NCBI GenBank assembly: GCA_964016885.1
Contig: OZ024743.1
Coordinates: 53,506,001-53,570,000 of the forward strand
Source of the DNA: Eledone cirrhosa
Lineage: Eukaryota
Direction of reading: 5' to 3'
DNA: 64,000 nucleotides
Below are positions 40,745 through 53,459 of the stretch, in pieces. Position numbers and translations under genes: made by a program. The notes under the pieces were generated by a model that worked only from the letters and a program-made list of their open reading frames with translations, was not told the origin of the DNA and ran no database searches. Positions within the stretch are counted from its first letter, which is position 1; each line of letters begins with the position of its first letter.

Positions 40745-42300
40745 ATTGACAGCGTCGGTAGAACATCGGATTGAATGCGTCGATATTTATTCCGGCTCAC
40801 TGAGCTCACTGAGTTCAAATCTCACCGAGGTCAACTTTGCTTTCCATCGTTTTGGGGATAATAAATAAAGAAAAAGTTTGGCGAGCAGTGGATTGGCAGA
40901 ATTGTTAAAAACTATGATGGGATGCTATGCGGTATCTGATCCGGTTCCGTGCACTCTAGGTTCAAATATTGCCGCCCTGAGGGCCGTGGTGCAGAATAAG
41001 TAGTGTCAGACAAAATAGTTTGGTTTATTTTTTCAGGCTCTTTATGATCTGGATACAAACACCATCGAAGTCAACTCTGCATTTCATCCTTCTGGAGTCG
41101 ATAAAATAAGTAGCAGTCAAATAATGTGGTCAATATAATTGATTATAATGTTCCTCCTAAAATTGAAGCCCTGAGTCTATATATGTATGAACCAGTAACT
41201 CCTGGTGGAGTCGTAGGGGCGTCATGTTGACATTTGGCGTCATGTTGACATTTGGCCGAGCCCATCTCCTCTGTAGGTCTCAACATAGACTATTTCTTCC
41301 AAAAAAGATAGAGAATGGAAGGGAAAAAGAAATATAGTAGATGAATTGACCCCAATATTAGACTGGTACTTATTTTTATCAACTTAGAATGGATGAAAAG
41401 CAGTGTTGACTTCGGCGAGATTTGAACTGAAATCCAGAACGAATATCACTAAACATTTTACCCGACGTTCTAACGACTCTGCCAATTCGTCACCTTTGAG
41501 TCTCTATAAAAAATTTTATTAAAATTCATTAAGAATTAGTTGTCAGAACTATGCTATATCCTAGCAGCATCTTTTATGTTATAAGTTCAAAGTGCATTGA
41601 GATCAACTTTACACTCAATCTTGTGGTTTTAATTAAATAAATACTAGTCAAGTACTGAGGCCTCCTTCTATATTTGTGGTCTTGTGTCTATGTAAGTAAT
41701 TATCATTAGAATTAATTGAGAGTTGACTGCCAGAATTTGTAGACCACTGGACAAGATGTCTGTCAATATTAAATTACATCCTTTGTGCTGTAAGTTCGAA
41801 TTCAGTTGCTTCAACCTTGCTTTCAACAAACGGTATCGAATTAATAAGTACTAGTAAAGTACTGGAAGACGATGAATTATCAGTCGTTAGAACGTCGGAT
41901 AGAATACTTTACGGTATTCGTTTCGGTTCTCTTCTCTCTGAGTTCAAATCTCACTGAGATCAACTTTCCCTTTCATCCATTCGAAGTAAAAAAATAAATA
42001 AAGTACCAGTCTAGTACTGGGGTAGATACTTCCTCTATATATCTTTCTCACTTCCATTCTCTCATTCTCTATCCTTCTCTGGAAAAAATCTGCCGTAATC
42101 TGACCTGGAGAGGATTTGGGTTCCGTCCGGTTTTAAAATGCCCTAAGAAACAGCGTATGTCAATATGGCACGCTTACGACACCTTCAGTTGTTACAGGAC
42201 CATGCATACAGTGAAGTACTTGGGTCTATATAATCAGTTAGACATTCCACTTAAATTTAGTAATTAATACTAATCAAATACTGGGATTGATATGAATAGA
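40745..42300. mobile_element. Cluster of old SINE-A-related fragments on both strands
   Basis: Repeated gagttcaaat...gaggtcaactttgc.tttcatc...ataaataagta motifs at ~40745, 40890, 41000, 41350 (minus), 41560, 41790 and 41870. Confidence 0.65.
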
Positions 42301-42550
42301 TTATACTCTCCCCTTAAATTTGTCAACCGAGTTTTCAACCCAGTGGTAGAAATTATATATGTAGTAATCATGTACTAAGTTAGATTTAATCCACTGGACT
42401 CACCCTAAAAATATGTGACCTTGTACCAACGTTAAACATTATTATTACTATGATTAATACAAGAGAGGAGTAAATCATATGACGTCAATCGTCTTTGTTA
42501 TTAATACATTGTATTGATGTATTACTGCCACAACTTCTAGTTAATGGCTG

Positions 42551-42588
<38 letters not shown>

Positions 42589-42594
42589 TATATA

Positions 42595-42658
<64 letters not shown>

Positions 42659-42679
42659 TATGGGCTATATTGAATAATG

Positions 42680-42885
42680 ATTTCTACTATAAGCACAAGG
42701 CCAGTAACTTTTTTTTTGGGGGGGGGGTCTATTAAATCGACCCCAGTACGTTACTGATGCTTTATTTTATCGACCCCGTGAGGACGAAAGACAAAGCTAA
42801 ACTCAACGGGATTTGAACTCAGACCGTAAATGGCCGTAACTCTATGCTGCAAGCTATGGCGTCCGCCCACTACCGATACTGCCAA
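42680..42885 (-). mobile_element. SINE family A
   Basis: Reverse-complement consensus match. Confidence 0.8.
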
Positions 42886-43016
42886 TAATATTATTCGATT
42901 TAACCCATACTTACATTTATGTAATCTGCTATGCTAGAGCGAGAAATCAAATTCTAATTTTGTTTATATATATATATATATATTAGAATTGGTGCTCTGA
43001 AATAGCGATATATATA

Positions 43017-43063
<47 letters not shown>

Positions 43064-43095
43064 AAAATCCAATGTCAATAAATACACCAGGATTT

Positions 43096-43156
43096 TTTCA
43101 TTCTGATGATTGAAAGCAAAATTTATTTGCTTTCAAGAAACCACTGGTAAATGAAA
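43096..43156 (+). ncRNA. Type-I hammerhead ribozyme, apparently intact
   Basis: tttcatt CTGATGA ttgaaagcaaa-attta-tttgctttcaa GAAAC cactg GTA^ aatgaaa. Perfect 7-bp stem I and 11-bp stem II. Confidence 0.88.
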
Positions 43157-43181
43157 TAATTACCTTATGTTGTTTATTACA

Positions 43182-43241
<60 letters not shown>

Positions 43242-43614
43242 CCAAACAGACCTATTATATTAAATCTTTGTTGGTTTTTTTCAATAAACAAATATCATTA
43301 TTTTTGAAGACAGCATATATATGTGTAGGTATGTATATTCCCTCTGATAGTTTGTAAAAACTTTACATAGATTTATATGATATACATACCAACACACACA
43401 TATATATCCTAGAAACGATCGCAAAATGATAAATTTTTTAATATAAGGAACTGTTTCTTTGTTTTTATTCATTATTTTTATTAATTTATCTTGACTCTGT
43501 TTTCGTGAGTTTTTCATCGAAAAAATTTTGAATACATCTTCTCTTTTCATGATATTTGGATTACATTGAGTTCTTCATACGGATTGGACACTACCGTATA
43601 TTTTGGTAGATTTA

Positions 43615-43690
<76 letters not shown>

Positions 43691-43732
43691 TTGGTGCTCT
43701 GAAATACCGATATATATATATGAATGTATATA

Positions 43733-44029
43733 TAGTGTATTTTGCAATACACTGTATGCTTAATTAAAAGCATTTTGAAGACCTTACGCTATTGTTTTAA
43801 AGTAGTGACAATGTCACTTACTTCTATTTTCAGCAAACAAGGGGAGATAAGCTGAAAGCAAACAGGAGGAGTACTGAGCTTTGATAAGTACCAACAAGTA
43901 CGAAACGGAGCTCTGTCAGCTTATCTCCCCTTGTTTGCTGAAGATAGAAGTGTCACTACTTTAAAACAATAGCGTAAGGTCTCCAAGATGCTTTTAATTA
44001 AGCATACAGCGTATTGCAAAATACACACA

Positions 44030-44030
<1 letters not shown>
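43733..44030 (+). mobile_element. PLE tail with inverted copy (fold-back) and central hammerhead
   Basis: ~120-bp arms. Related copies at 58030-58210 and 58348-58490. Confidence 0.75.
43875..43923 (+). ncRNA. Hammerhead motif with U3-A8 core (TTGATAA)
   Basis: tgagct TTGATAA gtac-caacaa-gtac GAAAC ggagctct GTC^ agctta. Confidence 0.6.
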
Positions 44031-44085
<55 letters not shown>

Positions 44086-44089
<4 letters not shown>

Positions 44090-44180
44090 AAGAAATTAAA
44101 AGATGGTTAAAAGAGTTTCATCTATTTTATTATGCGCATTATATGGAACTCTTTTAACCATCTTTTAATTTCTTCTTTAT
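44086..44180. repeat. Short fold-back of the Naiad-type PLE tail
   Basis: aaagaagaaattaaaagatggttaaaagagtt / aactcttttaaccatcttttaatttcttcttt. The centre contains tattttattatgcgcat, the reverse complement of 50711-50727. Confidence 0.75.
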
Positions 44181-44268
44181 TATATATATACTCCAGTTCT
44201 ACCAGCTGTTGAGTGCTACTTATCTGATATATGCATAGTTTTATTGTTCTACAATATTACTCACCTTC

Positions 44269-44310
<42 letters not shown>

Positions 44311-44559
44311 CACTGGACCGAGATTATTGGTGCTACGCAGTAATACAGAAAACCCGCCTTGCCTAAGTACAAAGCGAAACCTACAGTCAGTATACACCCC
44401 CATCCCACTACCACCCCCCACTCCCATCAACACCACCCCTTTCTCTGTAAAGTTATGTTGGTACCACAACATCCAGTCCTAAATAAATGAGGTCGTGTAG
44501 GTGTCATGACAAAAGAACACACAGTCCACGCTGTAATGTGGCCGTGTAGGTAACACGGT

Positions 44560-44742
44560 GAAAAGCTTCCAGTCCACACTGTAAACGTGGTTGATGTTAG
44601 GAAGGGCTTCCAGCTGTAGAAAACAGACAGTCCCATACGAGCGAGACGACCAATCTTGCCTCAAGTGGAACAATTCCCGTCTAAACCCATGTTAGCGTGG
44701 AAGATAGATGTTAAACGATGATGATGATGATGATGATGATGA
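44560..44742 (+). mobile_element. 3' part of a SINE with RTE-like (GAT)n tail
   Basis: gtggttgatgttaggaagggcttccagctgtagaaaac...cccatgttagcgtggaagatagatgttaaacgatgatgatg. Confidence 0.6.
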
Positions 44743-44834
44743 TATTATATATATATATCCCATTTTGACGCTATAGTCACTTATATATTATGGAATACTG
44801 TTGGCTTTTCTCTACAATGTTTTCTATACCTTTC

Positions 44835-44878
<44 letters not shown>

Positions 44879-44917
44879 AAACGAAAAATTAGTGATGCAT
44901 CTGGACTCAGTTTATTG

Positions 44918-45008
44918 TGTGTTACACTTGTTTCGCCGGCAGATAGCTCGAGACACGATCATTGTATGGATCTGTCTGATTCTAGATCTGCAGGTTCTTC
45001 GGTCACAT
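44918..45008 (-). ncRNA. Variant hammerhead motif (CCGAAGA core, long branched stem II)
   Basis: Minus strand: tgtga CCGAAGA acctgcagat...atctgccggc GAAAC aagt GTA^ acaca. Confidence 0.55.
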
Positions 45009-45095
45009 GCAATAATTTCGAAACAAATGTTCTCGCTGTAAGAACATAGAGTGCTCAACTGGCATACCGCCTATGGAAGCATCATAGCTACCATT

Positions 45096-45157
<62 letters not shown>

Positions 45158-46244
45158 GGTAGGTAGATATATTGGTCTGTTGGACATACGATCATAATGT
45201 TGTAAGTTCGATTCCTGGGCTGGGTTGCGTCTTGCGTTTTTGAGCAAGACACTTCTTTTCAGTATACTCCTTATACTCAGCTGAAAAAAAAATGAGGGGA
45301 TTTAACTCTGCGATTGACTGGCGTCAGGTCCAGGGGGTAGTATTTTACTTTCAGTAGCTTCATGCCACGGAAACCAGGATAAGCTCCAGCCTGATGAGCC
45401 TCTGGCTGGAAACAGACTTTAATAAAAATGTAAGTCCAAAGAATCATTAGATAAAATATATACAGTATTTCCTCTCCCAATCAGTATAAATTAACCACAC
45501 AAAAAATCATTTAAACGAGGCTATAAGATTAAAATGTACTTATGAAGAAATAATAGACAAATGATACAGATTCTTTTCCGCGATGTACAACCATATGACA
45601 ACCTAGTATTTCTCCTAGCCTGTAGAAATTGACTAGACAAATAGTTAACTACACGGAATTAGGTACAAAATTGAAGTTAGAAGAATAAATGCACATAAAT
45701 ATTGCCTAAATTCTCTTGACCACTTTTTGGATATATCGAGTCTTGGATAAACCACGAGGCTCGGAACTCATCAGGAGATACCCCAGACTGGACTAAGATT
45801 CTTCTACCATGATCTCCACCAGAAATGAATTCAACATGACTAAAAACCATCACGTGGCCAGTGGTCAAGGCAGAAAGTTTGTGATTGGTGCCTGTCGGCG
45901 AGTAGGCTGGTTGCTAGAAAGCGCAGCCGAATACTGCCTAAAGTTTTACTCAACCTGACGGGAGTATATATTAAATTCAAAGAGTATATATATATAAATT
46001 AGATACATATAATTCAGATACATATATGCATTTGGCAACCATTCACGGTGTGGCTCAATGAAGAATTAATTAAATAATTATTAATCAGAGCAATTTATAA
46101 AAATGTAAGTCCAAACAATCATTATATATATATATATATATGTATATCCAAAATTAAATTAAGGGTTGTCATGTCTGAGAGACATGCGCCATATCCACTA
46201 TAGAATATGCTCAAAGATTCCAATGAATAGATCCGAGCATTTCA

Positions 46245-46897
46245 TATCAACTAGAAATAAATTGACATACATATATATATAAAATAAACATATGGAACAA
46301 TCACAGGGAATAATTTGTAAAGAATGTAAGCACACATAGTTAGGTAGGTAACCAATTAAAGTTTAACTAGAACTTCAAATATAGATACCTTTTAAAATGA
46401 TTAATCTCCTTTGTATATATTTCTTTAAGTAAAAAATAACAACCCTTAATTTAATTTTGGATATATATTGTAGAGCTAACTCAGTTGAATGGACTCAGCT
46501 GCTATTTCTAGCTGTCGATAATCCTATTCACGCCACTGGGATGACGATATGCGATGTGTGTATTTTTTAAAAATGCAACACGTGGTTCGAGTCATTCACA
46601 GATTTGCATTTGCTTTGTAAACGCAGATAGTTATTTCTTCTCCTTTGGTGACCATCCAGGATTTAACTACTGTGATTTACTGATTAATTGGTGAAATATA
46701 TTTTTTTATTTAAAGAAATATATACAAAGGAGATTAATCATTTTAAAAGGTATCTATATTTGCAGTTCTAGTTAAACTTTAATTGGTTACCTACCTAGCT
46801 ATGTGTGCTTAAATACTTTACAAATTATTCTCTGTGATTGTTCCATATGTTTATTTTATATATATATATATATATGTCAATCTATTTCTAGTTGATA
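46245..46897. repeat. ~195-bp inverted repeat (46245-46438 / 46699-46897) overlapping a second short IR (46143-46169 / 46439-46467)
   Basis: Arms read as reverse complements by eye. Confidence 0.8.
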
Positions 46898-47058
46898 TAT
46901 ATATATATAAAAATTTTATCTCGGGTTCAATCGGGGGTAACTACAGTAAGTAAGGTACTCGATACATAGTAGAGTATAAATATTTTATATAGAAATGGCT
47001 TCTACAGGAAGACTGATTTATTTCTCCCAAATTAAACAGTTTTAGTCCTGTAGAAGCC

Positions 47059-47198
<140 letters not shown>

Positions 47199-47199
47199 A

Positions 47200-47480
47200 T
47201 CTATATATATAAAGCTGTGTGTGTCCTCATTATTGCAAAGTCTATACAAATCCACGTTTCTCCTCTGATTGACTTCAAAACTTGCATTTATATTCCTTGT
47301 GGTCTAAAGATACTAACTGCCGCTTTTATTTTTCAATTTTCTGTTGTTAAAGGGGTGTTAGGCGCTGGTTATCGATCGCCGTCGAGCCCTTATAATATCT
47401 GTCTGTATGTCTGACTGTCTGCATAACGACATTCTGGCGAACACGTCATTGCTGACGTATTATCTTCCCTACATTCACAC
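47200..47480 (+). mobile_element. Helitron-like 5' fragment
   Basis: TCTATATATATAAAG start; near-identical to 53896-54170. Confidence 0.6.
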
Positions 47481-47503
47481 ACACACACACATACATATAT
47501 ACT

Positions 47504-47571
<68 letters not shown>

Positions 47572-47605
47572 AACATATACACTCACATATAAACAAATAT
47601 ACATA

Positions 47606-47667
<62 letters not shown>

Positions 47668-47738
47668 CAAACATATACACATATATAGATATACACATAT
47701 ACACATATAAATATAGACATAAAAATATATGTATATAT

Positions 47739-47799
<61 letters not shown>

Positions 47800-47800
<1 letters not shown>

Positions 47801-47952
47801 AAGGCGGGTAAAATTCCCGAGATCCATGGACGAGTTCCCTCCAGCGGTCTCTGTCCCTCATTATCGCTGCCATGTCCTGCGTCTCCAACAGACAAGTGTC
47901 TGTCCTTAGGGCATCAACATACGTTAACCTTGGTCTTCCTCTTCTAGTGTGT
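47800..47952 (-). mobile_element. 3' end of an RTE-type LINE
   Basis: [15 protein letters not shown]......[15 protein letters not shown]. Confidence 0.75.
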
Positions 47953-48019
47953 CCATATACACACACACACACATATATATATATATGCATACATACACAC
48001 ACATGTATATATATATGTA

Positions 48020-48071
<52 letters not shown>

Positions 48072-48099
48072 TACATATATATATATGTGTGTGTATGTA

Positions 48100-48169
<70 letters not shown>

Positions 48170-48716
48170 TACTGCTCACTCGGTTGAGCTAATCTTTAAT
48201 CCCATATAAACGGCTGTTATTTCTAGCGCCATGAGTATGAGATAGCTAGTGGGCTGGAAGAACCGAGTGCAAAACCACGTGCGTTTGTGCTCGTAAACCA
48301 GACCTTCAGAATTTTTTCGAGGTGAAGTAACCTAATTTTTCTGGGTACCTATTGATAAGCACAGAACATTGATTATTTCACTTTTATACCATCGTTTGCG
48401 AAACATGTTTGGATTTTGAGGTTCAGATTGATCTGCGGAAAAGGTTTGAATTTTGAAATTTAAATTTGTCTAGGTACCACGGCTGTTTGCCAATATGAGT
48501 TTGTGTATATTGATTTATTATTTTTTAAATCGATACAGGCAGGCTATATTTATTTGAATTAGTTTGTTTCATTCTAGCTAACTTTTGTCTTTTACAATAC
48601 AAACACTTAGGTGTTTATCATATATTAATTTATATTAACTTGTATTGCACGGCTCAGAAATGCTTCTTTCTTTGAGCTAATTAATTTGTAAATGACTCTT
48701 TGAGTGTATACTCTAA

Positions 48717-48773
<57 letters not shown>

Positions 48774-48780
48774 ATGTATG

Positions 48781-48820
<40 letters not shown>

Positions 48821-48934
48821 GGAGGTGAGTTTTATTGTAGTACAATAAAGCAATGCAGATATCGGATAAGAAGCACTCTACAGTTTGTAGGACTGGAGTA
48901 TACATAATATATAAGATCAAAAGATGGTTAAAAG

Positions 48935-49702
48935 AATGCTATAGTTAGTAATATTGGAAAAAGAATATCTAACCTATCTTCTAATAAAAACATATTTGAT
49001 GCTAACGCCAATTACTATAATAACGCGCTTTCTAAAGCCGGCTATCCTGATAAAATCAAATATAATAAAGAAACAAATAGTACTCCCGACGTCATTGTAA
49101 ACTCTAGGCTAATTTCTGCAAACCCAAATACAACGTCAAACACAACTTCGCTAAATGTTCTTAATCCCAATCTAAATCAAGAAACTATTATTCCTATCGC
49201 AAATAACTTCTCCAATCTAATTCCTTCTATAGATAACACTAGGTCACTCGTTAATAATCTCTCTAATCGCAATTGCAATTGCCCTGCTAAAAATAAATGT
49301 CCTCTCAACAACCATTGTCTTGATAAAAACTTAATCTACGAATGTAAAGTTATAACTGACACCAATTCCTTTACCTATTTTGGCTCCACTTCCACCTCCT
49401 TTAAAGCTCGTCTTTATAATCATCATTCGTCTTTTAAATACCAACTTAAAAGAACCAACACGGCACTCTCAGAACTCATATGGTCCTTGAAAGACAAAAA
49501 TATTAAATATAACATCTCTTGGAAAAAGGTTTCTTCTGCTGCCCCAGACTTGAACAGTTCTCTATCCAAGACTTGCAATCTCTGTCTAAATGAAAAATTG
49601 ACCATTATATCTAATTTAGATTCTATAATAAATAGACGCACTGACTTGTTTTCTCTCTGCTTGCATAAATTCCACAGAACATTCCATAAAGTATACAGCT
49701 AA
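48935..49702 (+). pseudogene. PLE RT thumb plus GIY-YIG endonuclease (5'-truncated, frame open)
   Basis: Hand translation: IGKRISNLSSNKNIF...YYNNALSKAGY...CNCPAKNKCPLNNHCL..NLIYECKV...TYFGSTSTSFKARLYNHHSSF...TALSELIWSLK...CNLCLNEK...NRRTDLFSLCLH. Confidence 0.85.
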
Positions 49703-50129
49703 TATCTAATACTTTACCAATTTAAAATCCTTTTTCTCAAAGGCATATATATATATATATTTCTTTAAAAATATACCCATCTTTCTACCTTATTTCAAAG
49801 TTATTTATTATACATTATATAATACTTGTTACTCATTATATATCACTCCTATTTATCACTTCCCTTTCTTCCTTTTCCTTTTCTTTTCTTTTTCTTTTAA
49901 TTTCTAACCCCTAATCTGTACCTTTTCTCACTGTGCCTAACATAGAAACAATTATTACACAATACAATATATTCTTACTTTATATCACCTTGAAAAAATC
50001 CTTCGTAAACATAAACATTTTTTTGACGTTAGATTATTCATCCTCAATTCATTATTTTTTTCTCACTTTCATCTAACTTATTCATGCTAATCTCACAATA
50101 TATCCTTACTTACATTACTTTTGTTTTTT

Positions 50130-50305
50130 TAATAATACATATCACATTTTCTTTCCATCGCACATATTATTAAACCCTTAAATATTATTCTTAATACATA
50201 TTAACATTTTCTTTCCATCGCACATATTATTAAACCCTTAAATATTATTCTTAATACATATTAACAATTTCTTTTCATCGTACATATTATTAAACTCTTC
50301 AATAT
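50130..50305. repeat. 60-bp tandem repeat x3 in the PLE 3' UTR
   Basis: taatacatattaacattttctttccatcgcacatattattaaacccttaaatattattct repeated. Confidence 0.85.
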
Positions 50306-50656
50306 ACAAACCTTAACTTTACATTATTTTTCTCTTCGTTAATTTTCAAATTCTTTTAATTTATACATTATCTTCCAACGGTTTTTCAACCTCTCTATGT
50401 AAAACAATATATTTTTCTCAGTTATAAAAGCTATCTCTCTCTCTATCACCCATCTCTCCTCCTATCTCATCCTTCCTCATTATACTCCTCCCCCTCCACC
50501 TTTTACTCTCATCTCCTCCTCTTTTTCATCCTTTCCACCCCCCCACCCTCAACATTTTTTTCCCCAATATCACACATCAATCTAAAAGTACTTTTCATAT
50601 GTTGATTTAAAACTGCACTATCCACAAGTGTTTTTAACCTTCATATCATGTCTTCC

Positions 50657-50727
50657 TATTTTATCTGATGAAAACACAAATGTTATTGCATGATGATATT
50701 TGTTTTTGAAATGCGCATAATAAAATA
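50657..50727 (+). ncRNA. Type-I hammerhead ribozyme of the Naiad-type PLE
   Basis: tattttat CTGATGA aaacacaaatgttatt-gca-tgatgatatttgttttt GAAA tgcgc ATA^ ataaaata. 8-bp stem I and palindromic ATGCGCAT stem III. Confidence 0.88.
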
Positions 50728-50757
50728 CATAGAACTCTTTTAACCATCTTTTGATCT

Positions 50758-50902
<145 letters not shown>

Positions 50903-51150
50903 TACATTGTAGGTTGCTTTAACCCGTCTTTTATTATTCAAAAAACTTCTTGCCAATAAACATTAACCCTTTCTGCGCCATTCATCTAACTGTAGACCAA
51001 CAAATACCAAAACGATGGCGAATGAATGTTCGAGATAAGCAGTTTCCTCCCGAGCTGTTAGTTCACGCAGGATTCTCTGCTACACCTTTTCATAATAATA
51101 CCGAAAAACGTACTGCTGGTCACTCCTTCATCCAAAAGCCGTACAAAGCA

Positions 51151-51240
<90 letters not shown>

Positions 51241-51251
51241 ATATATATATA

Positions 51252-51392
51252 TAATATATTAATAAATGGAAACTATATTTATAAAACCATATTCATTTTA
51301 TTATATATATATCATTACCTTGGTCGCCCTTGAAATATATATAATAAAATAATTATGGTTTTATAAATATAGTTTCCATTTATTAATATATT
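51252..51392. repeat. Fold-back PLE tail centred near hammerhead stem II (family of 20281)
   Basis: Arms aatatattaataaatggaaactatatttataaaaccata / tatggttttataaatatagtttccatttattaatatatt. The centre has cccttGAAAtatatata-ataaaat. Confidence 0.7.
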
Positions 51393-52123
51393 GTATATTT
51401 ACTCCACTATCTTGTTGAATGCTTTATATCAGTTATAAAAATGTTTAAGCTTGTTGAATCCCAACAAATTAAATATAACCTCTGCATATATATATTACTT
51501 TTACTATTTTAATAACCTCTGTCATTTTCGTTTTCAATTTTATTTACATCATTCTTAAACTCCGGGGCTGGAAATCATTCGGTTATTTTAAATAGAATAT
51601 TAGTCTAACGACTCCATTTAAACCATAAACTTGGTCTTGTCTTTGCATGAAATTGTTCTTCACGATCCACATAACGACGTATTATCCTCGCTTTTTCCCC
51701 GTTCATTGCCAGGGAACGTCTTCACGAACCAAAATATCGTCTTCCTGTTTTCGTTCGGTTGCAACGTTTCTCGAAATATTTACTTCTGCGTTCACAGATT
51801 ACTCTCAGTTCAATTTGAATGGGAAATTCCTGTTTCATCGATTTACTCCGTAACCATGGAAGCTTGTAGCTTGAAAGTCGACCCATCGCCTCCTCTGGTC
51901 ATTCTGCATAACTGTGTAAATTTTCGCTGCATTCCACCAAGCCGTTTCGACGTTTATCCGACTACACCTACATATACAACGTCCGACCACTTCCAATTTA
52001 TATAGTAGATTTGTTTATATATGAATGACAAAAAGAAAAGTACAAAACTATACATGAATTGTTTCTACTAAACCTTCAATTTAAGACACAACCTACATAT
52101 TTGATAGGACTCCAGCTCACACC

Positions 52124-52330
52124 TTCTTCTTCTTCTTCTTCTTCTTCTTCTTCTTCTTCTTCTTCTTCTTCTTCTTCTTCTTCTTCTTCTTCTTCTTCTT
52201 CTTCTTCTTTTGCTCCCCCTGGAACATTGGGCTGCGAGCCACCCCACACAACGCCATGTTCTGAGTCTGCTTTTCAACTACACCGTGATACACGGTGTGT
52301 CATGGTGTATCTAACCATTTTTTAGGTCTT
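52124..52330 (-). mobile_element. RTE-type 3' end with (AAG)n tail
   Basis: ...LAAQCSRGSKRRR followed by (GAA)n on the minus strand. Confidence 0.55.
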
Positions 52331-52996
52331 ACTACGGCTGATTTCTTCCAGAGAGAAAGAAAGAGATGGAAAAAGGCAGAGAAGATTCATCCCCGGAGGA
52401 ATAATAAACAATGTTTACACTGTACATTTCATTTTTTCAAAGCTAAAGCTGCCGATCCAAAATCATAAATTCAACTCCCTGAAAACTTTCAAATATATGC
52501 TGTTCTAGCATGAATATTATGCTAAGGGGCAGCTATCCACAAAGTAAGATTTACTTGCATATCCCCGCTCATATAAACACATAAATACATGCATACATAC
52601 ATTACAGTTGATATTTTTTTTTATTAAAGCGTTTTCATATTATATATATATATATATATATATATAGTGACGAAACATAAGTCAATTGCATGAACTCATA
52701 ATCCTTTATTTACTTCTTTATTTGTATGAAGTTGTAAATAACTCATCCAAGTATTAGAACAGGGGGAAATAACTCACCGAACGCGATAGTAAATAGAACG
52801 TTTTGGGGCCCCAGGGACCACATTTTTCACGTCTATTTGCTTCCTTGGCACTTTTTTTATATCGGTGTGTAAATTTTCATGTCCGTCCGACCACGTCTAC
52901 TACCATTTAACCGTGCACATCTGAATTTCAACGGCCACCCATTTCACAAATATATATTAGATATATATATTTATATTTGTTATAAGAACAGATTAA

Positions 52997-53047
52997 AGTT
53001 TAAGCAAAGAATCGCTGCTTTCAACATTAACGGGATCTTCTGAAACT
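52997..53047 (-). ncRNA. Hammerhead-like motif with CAGAAGA core (copy 2; stem II decayed)
   Basis: agttt CAGAAGA tcccgttaatgtt GAAA gcagcgattctttg CTT^ aaact. Confidence 0.5.
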
Positions 53048-53459
53048 AAAAAATTTAATCTGTGAACGCAGAAATAAATATTTCGAGAAATGTTGCAACC
53101 GAACGAAAACAGGAAGACGATATTTTGGTTCGTGAAGACGTTCCTTGGCAATGAACGGAAAAAAAGCGAGGATACGTCGTTATGTGGACTGAGAAGAACA
53201 ATTTCATGCAAAGACGAGACCAAGTTTATGGTATAAATGGAGTCGTTAGACTAATATTCTATTTAAAATAACCGAATGATTTCCAGCCCCGGAGTTTAAG
53301 AATGATGTAAATAAAATTGAAACGAAAATGACAGAGGTTATTAAAATAGTAAAAGTAAATTGTGAAGATTTAGGCCAGTACATACGTATGCGCCGACGGA
53401 CATACACATACATATACATACGCACACACAAATACATACACACACACACACGCACGCGC

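Larger units (their letters stand above)
51498..53358. repeat. ~300-bp inverted repeat (51498-51800 / 53058-53358) of the CAGAAGA-hammerhead PLE-like family
   Basis: The ORF track gives near-identical peptides on opposite strands. A decayed GIY-YIG-like piece (NLLYKLE..YVG..TSKRL) lies at ~51810-52010 on minus. Confidence 0.75.

Noticed and set aside
45391-45420. ctgatgagcctctggctggaaac in the SINE-B tail
   Set aside because: No stem I or stem III, and other copies (63304) lack GAAA.
45712-45780. Possible decayed hammerhead on the minus strand (ctgatga...aaaaagtggtc)
   Set aside because: GAAA and stems I/III are too degenerate to support a call.
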